Positions 54,901 to 64,000 of a stretch of DNA of 64,000 bases are shown here, piece after piece. Every line of letters begins with the position of its first letter. The first letter of the stretch is position 1. The notes below the pieces were generated by a model. The model did no database searches. It was not told the origin of the DNA and saw only the letters and a program-made list of their open reading frames with translations. The position numbers and the translations under genes were made by a program. The stretch is taken from NCBI RefSeq assembly GCF_006345805.1, contig NW_021825323.1, positions 682,001-746,000 of the forward strand, given 5' to 3'. Origin of the DNA: Octopus sinensis (lineage: Eukaryota).

Positions 54901-55020
54901 TTTCAGCTACATACTCTAGCTAGAATCTAGCCTTTTGCTATTTATTATCTATTTGACTTTAAAAAAATTTTCTAATTGGTACCTCAAGCCACCAGATATG
55001 AACGTTATGAAGCATTCTAT

Positions 55021-56750
55021 TTTTTTATTTTATTTAACCGCCAAGACCTAGAGTGAAAATTACAAATCAAACAAACATCACGTGATTTCGATGCACTCGA
55101 CCAGGGACCTTATCCTCGCTTGGTGATCTTTCCAGAGCCCACACAAAATTGCACCGGGCGGCAAGCCATTTTTGACGGGGCATTTGCAGACGACAGAGGT
55201 TCGGGTTGATAACTTCTTCCAGAGGAGCTGGACCGGAGCGTTCGTTATCGTATAACCAACGATCGGTTATCGGGTTTGTTGACATTGTTAGATGATGATC
55301 CGCAGGCGTAGGCAATTAACGGTTCGAAGTATTGGCGGTATATATTCGCCAGTACCGGGTGTGACCCGTTTTTCCATAAGGCGGATAGGGTTCTGAGGAT
55401 GTTTAATTTTTATCGCATTTGCCAAGGAGGTTGTCTGCGTGCGGGGAGAAGCAGAGGTGCAGGTCGAGAGTTACCCCTAGGACCGTCTGACTCCTGTAGA
55501 AGGGTACGGACATGTTGTTCAGCTTTAGGTCGACTGAAGTCCTTCCCAATCTTTTGTCAGAAGTGAAAAGGGACGTGGCGGACTAGCCACGTTTACCACG
55601 AGCCGGTTGTCCGTCAGCCATAGATTTAGCCGATCCAAGTTAGCTTGGAGCCTTAAAGAGGCCTTCTGAATGTTCCGGTCCCGTGAGGCTAATACGATGT
55701 CGTCCGCATATGAAAGGACAATGTCATTATTTTCAAGGGAGGGGGGAGATTTTCCAGGAAAAGGTTGAAAAGGGCCGGAGATAAGGGAGATCCCTGGGTT
55801 ACTCCGTTGGACAGGAGACGAGATGTGGACTTCAGACCTCCGAGGCACACCCTTCCCCTTCGTCCACTTTGGAAGTTGATGATCCATAGTTTGAGTTTTG
55901 GAGGAAATTTAGTTTGGAATATCTTCCTTGATAAGAGCTTCCTCGAGACAGTCAAAGGCTTTGTGAATGTCAACGAAGAAAAACACGGTCTTTTGGTGCC
56001 TCGGTTTGCTTGCAAAACTAGTACAAATGAAATCTGACAATGACTGTAAGTATGAAGACGTGGACTTCGACTTCTTAAACCCATGTTGAAAAGGTCTTTC
56101 GAGTAAAAATTCTTTTATTTTCCAAGAACCAGCCTTTCCAGGATTTTTGACATGGAACATAAGAGGAAAACCGGCCTGAAAGATGCCGGGTCGCCTCTTG
56201 GTTTTCCAGGTTCAGTATCGGCCTTATTAGAGCCAGTTTCCATAATGACGGAATCACATTGTGGTTGAATGAGTAATTGAAGATAGCCGTTAGAATGTGA
56301 CTCCTTCGACACCAAGATTTTTAATAGAATGACTGGGATTTTGTCTGGGCCGTGAAAGTACGACGTTTTTGTGGAGTGCAAGGTATCTTCCACCTCCTTT
56401 ACCGATATGAGGAGAGGTTCCTCCCGTTTTTTAGGCTTCTGTTTGAGGGGAATGAATCCTATTTCCTGTGCTTTTTGTGTGCAGTTTTCGCGTAGAATTT
56501 GATGAGGTTCTTCACGTCTTTTTGATCGTAATCTTCAAAAGATTCCGTGAGCGTCGCCCCTGGCCACGTGCCTAATGGCTTTTCACACTTCTCCTGTTGA
56601 ACGATCACGGTTCACGGTAATAAGAATGCGATTCCATTTCAGACAGGTGTACCTGTGTTCACTGGTCTTCAAATTCCTTGTTCAATGATCTGATGCTGGT
56701 AATTATGTCAGAAGGCATTCGGTTTGACTTCTTGAGGCGATTTCGATAAG
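55021..56750 (-). mobile_element. Second APE-type LINE family, 5'-truncated, multiple frameshifts
   Basis: GPDKIP, FRPVFLL, QHGFKK, VDIHKAFD, GVTQGSPLSP, SYADD, LGVTLD, YRQYFEP..YAC; A-rich tail at ~55021-55035; TSD not found. Confidence 0.9.
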
Positions 56751-57516
56751 GTAACAATCATTAATCCAGAAAAATCTTTAATTAACTTAGAAACTAAATT
56801 AATTAAATGATTTTGACAATCTCGATCATGTCTCTTATTTTTTTGGTGCCTTAGAAGCCAATAAAATTTGAGTCGGGCGGTTGGGTGCGTAAAAACATGA
56901 ATTGTGAGGCCGTTTTGCTGTTAGTTCTTTTTATTGTATTGAAAATGCTGACATTTTAATATAGACGGCGATTCGTATTTGTTTATGTCTAAAAAAATTA
57001 TTTTTTGTTTCTCTTGACGGTTTCAACTTCTAATTGTTAAAAAATTAAATTTTAATGTTCTGACCAGACTTTAATTTCCACGTAGAGAAAGCATAACTGA
57101 TAGAGTAATAAATGAACAGTTCATTCCAGCTTTTGTGTTAATTGAAACGATGTAAAATTAGACTCTCAAAAAGAATTTTAATATCATAAAATGAAGAAGA
57201 CAGATAAAATGAATTAACAATGACAGATTTCGGACGCTGATGTTTAGCAGACTGATAAACAAACAAAACTACTGGAAAACACGAAACCCTGAACAAGATC
57301 ATATGCCAGTTTCTTAAAACAGTAGGTTTTCAGTGCCATTTGTTTGACTATAAACCTGAAAGCACTTCTTTTTGATCCCAGAGAACCTTTAAGGCGTGCT
57401 AGAAAAAGCAAACAAGAAAAGTACGCTGAAATAGGCGAGAACAAATAATTTTTTTCTTTGGCTTTGGGACTTCTCGTGTTTAGGAGTTTTCTGGACAGAA
57501 TTTAATTAAAACGATT

Positions 57517-57944
57517 TTTTATTTATTTATTTAAAGACCAAACACGGGCAAAGCCAGTTAATTATAGTTATTCCCGTGATTGCCGATCCAAACGAGGGAG
57601 ATCCTTCTGAAAGGTTCAATCCTTCCCGCAAGATCGGCCTGAGACGACGATGTCCCAGGGTCTGAGAAGCTAAGAGTCCTTTTTCGGTAGGCATTAAGTG
57701 CCTCCTGAGCGTTGCATATCCGGAGGAATTTCCAACTGACATGGTGGACCCCGTAACGCCACGCTAAGCCCGGAAGGTAAGAGATCCCCATTTCCAACTG
57801 TGTCGTGCCAGAAGTACTCGTTGCCTCACGGGCAGGGGAACGATAACGAGAATTTGCCCCAGGATGAAAACTGGCCTCCTTCGGAATCGAACTCACGACC
57901 GTCCAAATCCATTATCCATAGCTTAGTCTTCAGCCAACGGGGCT
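57517..57944 (-). mobile_element. tRNA-derived SINE, full length (subfamily A)
   Basis: 12-bp TSD ATTAAAACGATT (57505-16, 57945-56); head GCCCCGTTGGCTGAAG..GAGTTCGATTCC; (TAAA)n tail. Confidence 0.93.
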
Positions 57945-58179
57945 ATTAAAACGATTGGAGGCCGAATGCGGAATACTGTTTTGCAAATTTATAATTTTGT
58001 TATTCAATAAATGATATAATCTAATTAAATTAATTATTCTTAGTTCGTGGTGAATTTATTATTAAAAAATTATTAGTTTAATAATCACTAGTTTAACTTA
58101 ATAATTTTATAATGGATAAATATTAATACAAATTTAAGTGCCATTATTTGTCGTTATACTGCATTTAATTTAGCAACAA

Positions 58180-61100
58180 ATGTGGATAGTTCCTAGAAAA
58201 ATTAATAAGAATTGTAAAGGATGGTTTGAATTATCGTTATATAATTTATTTTCCCAGGGATTTTGACCGAGCCAATAAGTTTTTTACTCTCCAAAACAAC
58301 AAATCTTACTTTTCACCAGAAAAAAAGGTCGTCAAAACTGTAGATAAACTCTAGAAATCACGAATAATATTAACACTTAGCTCCGATTGTTACCGTAAAA
58401 TTAAAAATAAATCAATCTCAGTTATTTACTTAGGCTCTCCCGAAGCAACGCAGACAGAATGGAATTGGATTGAGGACCAATCTTCTCCCGACTCTCTGTA
58501 TTGTGATATTTCATTTTTTAGTTGAAATTCTAATCGGAGATGAGAAACTTTTACAGTTTGTTAACGACCGCATACTTTGCAACCTCGGGAGGAGTAAAGA
58601 ACTTGAACGCGAAAAAAACGAAGAATTTCTGGCGGGTAATAAATAAATCACAAATAAAAGAATTTTCGTGCTTCTACTGGTATGACTCCATTCCAATATC
58701 GGGAACTGTTTGTATTTGGTTGAATCACCTTTCCTTCACTTCGACAAAACATAAAATGAAAATTTTGTGGTCAGAAATAATCGTAATAAACAATAATTCA
58801 TAAATTAGGATAAATTAACTACCCAATATGCATTTTCTGTGGATATCGTGACCCTTCTGGCCAACAATAGATTGGTTTGTTTTCTTTTTTTTACAAAAAG
58901 CATCGTTTTTCAATTATAACAAATCTTCTTGAATTTGAAAATTTGGTTGATATGATGCTCAAAGGAGTTGTTAGTTCTGAATTTTCGAATGAAAAGTATA
59001 TAATTATCATATATAAACAGGTCTCAAGTCTCACTTAAGAAAAAATTAGAGGAAATTAAGCTATGGGAGTTGAATCGGTTTTCTTGTGAGGTTTGTGATT
59101 GAATAGGAAATCCCTCCACCTAACAGAAAACGAGACTTTGTGGGAATCTACTAATTCGTGTATATTTTCTCCTCTTTTTGACAAAGTAATCGCTGGTCGG
59201 ATTTTTTTAAGCGAGAATTATTTTGTTTTTACAAGTAAAGTACTGTTTTTACCAACATTTTTTGATTGAGGGAGTTATTTCCGTGGTTATTCCTTATTCT
59301 GAGACCATTTCGGTATCGGATGTTTCTGTAGATGGACGATTAAAAATCGTTACTAGAGACCAGGTTGTTTTATTGTTGTATTTGACTAACAAAGATGACT
59401 TTTGAGATTTCTGCTATTGCCTCCAAAAATTTTGAAGAATGTATGAAAGTCATTCGTTGGAATAACAGCCGAAAATCTCCCTGTGCTCAATTTTTACATA
59501 ATCAAGGTATTTATTGATAATATTAATTTTTTCAGACTTTGAAACAGCATTTTGTGCCTTGCATTTACGTCAAAATGACTTCAATGAACGAATGGTTCAC
59601 AGACTTGCAGAATGTAACTGGGAAGTTCACCTACTCAAGACTGGCTGGTTGAGTTTTCTGAAATATATTTAAGTGGTCCCTGTATGTTCCGGAGTTCAAA
59701 GACTCTCGAGTACGTCTACTCCGGAATACCAGATCGCTACCGGCAGGACATTTGGCTGGTTTATTCAGGAGCAATATATCTTGTATCTTGATTCGCATAT
59801 GTGTTTAGAAAAACAGTAATCCCGACTACTATTCGGAAATGGTTCAAAAAACTTCAAACTGTGAAGATACAATCATTGATGATATTGAGAAGGATCTATA
59901 CCGGTATTTTAACACTGTTCTTAATTTGCAGATCCTTGCCAGAACACCCTGTCTTTCACACAGATAAAGGGATAAACGCTCTTCGTCGAATTCTCACAGT
60001 TTATGCTTGCAGAAATCCTGTAATGGGATATTGTCAAGCAATGAACATTGTGGCGAGTGTTCTTCTCGTTTATTGTGATGAAGAAGCAGCTTTTTGGATA
60101 TTTGTGCAGATTTGTGAAATATTACTGCCCGATTATTATAATCAAAACGTGTTTGGGGCACGTGCTGACGTTGGTTGTCATTTTGTTGGTTTCATTCAAA
60201 GAATTGTTAAGACGACTTGCAAAAATGCATTTACCTGATCTTACGAACGTGCAAGATGTTGGAGGTGATTTGATGACCGGAATATGTCTGTCGTGGTTTC
60301 TCACGTTATTTATAAGTGTCATCCCCTTCAACTGTGCAGTTAGGATAATCGACTGCTTTATTTGTGAAGGACCTACTGTTAAAACTTTTTTTTATTTGGC
60401 AGGTTCTCTTTCGTGTGGCTTTGACTGTGTTCGACGAGTGTTCTGAGTCCATAAAACGTGCTAAGGAATATTTTGACGTTATTTCCGCTGTGAATGATTA
60501 TCTTGGAAGAATTGTCCATCGGAAAACTGGCCAAAATGACAACAAGGTTTAAAATCATGACAGTCATCATAAATAACGTTAGATTTGCATTGACGACCTA
60601 CTCAAAATTTGTCGTAGTCGTTTCGGTAATGTTAGTCTAAAGGAGATTATTTCTCTCCGTACAAAAGTCCGTTTGTCCATAATGCGGGTCTGTCAAGTCT
60701 GTACTTAGAGTAGGGCAACGTCAAACGTAACAGTGAAGAGGCTGTTGTCACGACTTCTAAGGAATGTCTTCTCTCTATTTCAGAACTGGAACAACTTTTA
60801 CAAATTTTTAAAGTTTTTTTCAAATTATATTTTTAGGTCAGTTTTGTTGGAGAACGGGGAGTTGACTCGAAGAATATTGTTGAGTTTGAAAATGAGGTGT
60901 CCAATCCTGCAGAACATTATCAGATCAACTATCAACATTATCTTCTCCTAACTAACGAACTACTTCCTCTGCGATTACCGCCTGATCTTATTTCCCGTAT
61001 TTTCAAAGTATTCTAGAAATTGCTGATGTCTTCAGTTGTTGAGAAAATCTGGAACTGAGACGATTTCTTTTATTGACTTTGCTTGGTTTTTGGGGATTCT

Positions 61101-61671
61101 TTACAAAGGAGACTCTTCTAATATTCTGACATTGTTTTATTTGGCATACTTGTGTGATGGTCTTGATTTGAGTTTGCTATAATGTATGCATGTTCATAGA
61201 TTTTCGTGGTAGCTCTACTTTGTTGCAAGAGACTGATGTGGATAGTAATGGTCAATATTTTGTCATCTTTTATTTGTAGGGATGTACCAATTCGTCTTGC
61301 TGTTTAGAAAAAAGTCATGTTTTTCTTCATTTCCTTCAATAAATTCTGTAAATAATAAGATTTTATATTATTTTTATTAAAATAATTTTTTATTTTTGTT
61401 TATTTAGGGTCAATTGTTGAAATTGATTGATGACATGTATAAGCTGGAGGACACCGAAGGTGACCTTGTTTCTTCTCTTCAAATTGCCTTGGCGTCGATG
61501 ACGAAGATTGGTTGTTCTGTCAGTAGTCAAACTATTGATCGTTGCAATAGCGACTTTAATTTGTCATTGGCTCAGTTTTTGGGCGCTATGATTAACGAGC
61601 CTTATATTTCTGTTTTTTTGGAGGATCATCGTTGTTCTTTCCGTGATCGAATTGGACAAGTCCCCATATAA
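58180..61671 (+). CDS. TBC1D8/9-like Rab GAP (GRAM + TBC + EF-like)
   Basis: [88 protein letters not shown]; 3' end uncertain (may extend to ~61730). Confidence 0.88.
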
Positions 61672-62043
61672 TTATTATAATATTTGATTTCATGGATTTA
61701 TATTGTATTCTTTCAGATTTTTGAATAACTTATAGACCGTAGTCATTACTAACTTTCAAAGATAAGTATTTAATTAATTAGAAATAATGTTTCTTTAAAG
61801 TTTGATATACCGTTTGTTTTAAATCAGCAAAAATTTCAACATAAGGCATCACATTCTTAATTTTTCAAAAAGTATCATTCATCATCCACCTATTACATAA
61901 TAAAATAATTTTTACTTAAAAATAAAGTGGTGTGTTAGATTTGTGATTAAAAAACCAGTTCAAAATAATTCAAAAGTGGATTGAACTATTTGTAAATCAG
62001 TATAAGAATAAAAGTTAGTCAATTATGTATCAAAGTACGTCTG

Positions 62044-63351
62044 GGGGGTAATCTCCAATTTTAGTCAATGTATAAATCTCGACGTATAAACAATAGACTT
62101 AAATTATTTTGTATTAATTTAAGTTAATTTTAAGAAGTTTGATGATCAAATAATGCAGGAATATAACCGGTTATTGTCTCTAAACAGGCTCTTCGGCGAT
62201 AATATAGAAGAGTGTGTAATTTGGTGTCCAGAGAGGCGGTTGATCTCTAACACAATGAAATGCGTTCGCTGTAAAGTAAGACCTATATTCTCACAAATAG
62301 AGACGCTGTCGTTTATTTAAGTCAAGAAGAAACGTGGACAACGCAATTTGGTTATGCATTCCATGCAATACTTTTCGAAGTATGAGAACGAACAGCTGGT
62401 TTTGCAGTAAGTGATCCCTAAACTAATTTTAGCAAGTCATTTACCATTAGCGAAAATTTTGATGCTTACGTATATGTGAGCATTAAATTAACAGGGAAAT
62501 CTCATCTCGTGAAATTTCGCAAAATACGATTACAGATTGGACGAACTTTTGCAGAGAACTTATTACGGTGTCTCTTGCAAATGCTCCTATTAAACTTAGG
62601 GGACTCGTGGTTAATGAAGATACATTACGTAATTCATTTAATTTTAATTTTTAGAAGAGTCGATAGTGGAAATCGACGAGTGTAAATTTTTTCACAGAAA
62701 GTACCATCGAGGTCATTGGCGACCAGGCCATTAGGTATTGGGTGGAATAGACAGGGAAACTAGAAAGTGCTTTTTTGAAGAAGTTGCAGGTTCTTTTTCC
62801 CATTTATCCTTTAGACAGAACAGCTGAAACACTTAATGAAGTTATCGTTCGACGAGTACTTCCCGGCATCCATATCATTACTGATGGTTGGGCAGCCTAT
62901 AATGGGATTGCGCAGATTGGAGGAGGGATTTATTCACATTCTGTGATAAATCACTCCGAGCATTTTGTTGACCCTTTGGACCGCTCCATCCATACTCAAA
63001 ATATTGTAGCAAATGGATGCGAGCGAAGAGAATGCTAAAGAGGCAATTTGGTAGAACTTGTAAATTTATTTTAGGAACATCGCGATTGTTGTTTGAGTCT
63101 TATTTGGACGAATTCACGTGGCGGACCTCGTTAGTTGATAAAGAGAAGATATTTCAAGAATTTCTGCTCCTAATAGTTAACAAATAGGATTTTTCGGCTT
63201 AATTTTTATTCTTTAAAAATATAAAAGTCCAGACAATCCAATAGACAATCCCATTAAAATTAACTTAAATTAATAAATAATGAAAAAATAATTAAAATCT
63301 ATTGTTTATACGTCGAGATTTATACATTGACTAAAATTGGAGATTACCACC
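62044..63351 (+). mobile_element. Merlin (IS1595/ISXO2-like) DNA transposon with micro-introns
   Basis: ~55-bp TIRs GGTAATCTCCAATTTTAGTCAATGTATAAATCTCGACGTATAAACAATAGA; IVEIDE, KYHRG, DRTAETL, IITDGWAAY, INHSEHFVDP, IHTQNI, YLDEFTWR; introns 62407-62432, 62790-62814, 63051-63074; TSD not evident. Confidence 0.92.
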
Positions 63352-63354
63352 AAT

Positions 63355-63770
63355 GATACCGCTCGTCTCAAAGGGAAGGGGACAAAAGAGAAAGGCTCCG
63401 AAATGAAGGCATGGTTTTTGATTTTACAATCCTCTGTCCTAGAAAGACGTGTCGCAGATTCGCCGCCAAGAGCTTTAGGAAAGTAGGCACGTAGGTGACT
63501 GCGCAGGTCACATCCTATACAAACGATTTTCCGCGTTTGGAAGGGTGTGTCTCGAACGCCCCGGTCCGGCTCCTCTGGAAGACCTTATCAAGCTGAACCT
63601 CTGTCCGTCTGTAAATGCCCCGTCAAAAGCGGCTAGCCACCCGGTGCGATCTTGTGTGGGCTTGTGAAAAGATCACCGAGCGAGGATGAGGTCCCTGGTC
63701 CAGAGGTAACGGGTCGGGCATAGTAATCGCTGAGGCATGTGACATATTAAGAACCGAAACACTAGCCTAA
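63355..63770 (+). mobile_element. 3' fragment of the LINE family at 55021-56750
   Basis: 63555-63705 aligns with the reverse complement of ~55090-55260 (..CCGGTCC.GCTCCTCTGGAAGA..AAATGCCCCGTCAAAA..GATCACC.AGCGAGGAT.AGGTCCCTGGTC). Confidence 0.85.
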
Positions 63771-64000
63771 ATAGAGAAAATTGAGTTTTTTAAGTCAATG
63801 CAACATTTGTAGTTGCTTAATTACACTCAAATATCAGTAATCTTATCCAATGAGGCGATATTAACGCGTTACCTAACGAGGCGGATAATCTTTATATTTG
63901 TACTCGAGATGGGTGCCTTAATGTCATTTGTGCAAATGGCTCTCAATCATGTTTAAATTTTAATCAGCAAGTCCTATTCTTTTTCGTTGGTTGTCTTTTT

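Noticed and set aside
56760-57500. Moderately complex sequence between LINE and SINE
   Set aside because: No recognisable motif, splice model or terminal repeat; left unassigned.
57870-57944. Possible tRNA genes at repeat heads
   Set aside because: A/B boxes present but anticodon and T stems do not pair, and each is fused to a SINE body with TSDs.

Overview
AT-rich eukaryotic (animal-like) genomic DNA from a very compact genome. Nearly all spliceosomal introns are about 23-37 nt, which fragments the supplied ORF track; this resembles what is published for dicyemid mesozoans, though other miniaturised parasites such as myxozoans cannot be excluded. About 15 host genes are recognisable after manual splicing: alpha-spectrin 3' end, pyruvate carboxylase, a CEP350-like C-terminal fragment, FANCJ/BRIP1, nucleostemin-like GTPase, VPS37, RCL1, fibrillarin, AMPK alpha, PDH E1 alpha, XPF, a tiny SNAPC5-like gene, CstF-50, guanylate kinase and a TBC1D8/9-like GAP. 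Roughly 40-45% of the window is transposable elements, often nested: hAT, Tc1, mariner, pogo/Tigger, Ginger-like, Merlin, APE-type LINEs, RTE/BovB-like, R2-like and CRE-like retroelements, MITEs, and a five-copy tRNA-derived SINE. Most notable: host-sized micro-introns inside transposases of several superfamilies; a MITE inserted exactly into the TAG acceptor of a pyruvate carboxylase intron; GC-AG and GT-GG micro-introns; and a twin-priming-like 5' inversion in a BovB-like LINE. All homology calls are from recalled motifs, not database searches. No CRISPR, rRNA or bona fide tRNA gene was found.
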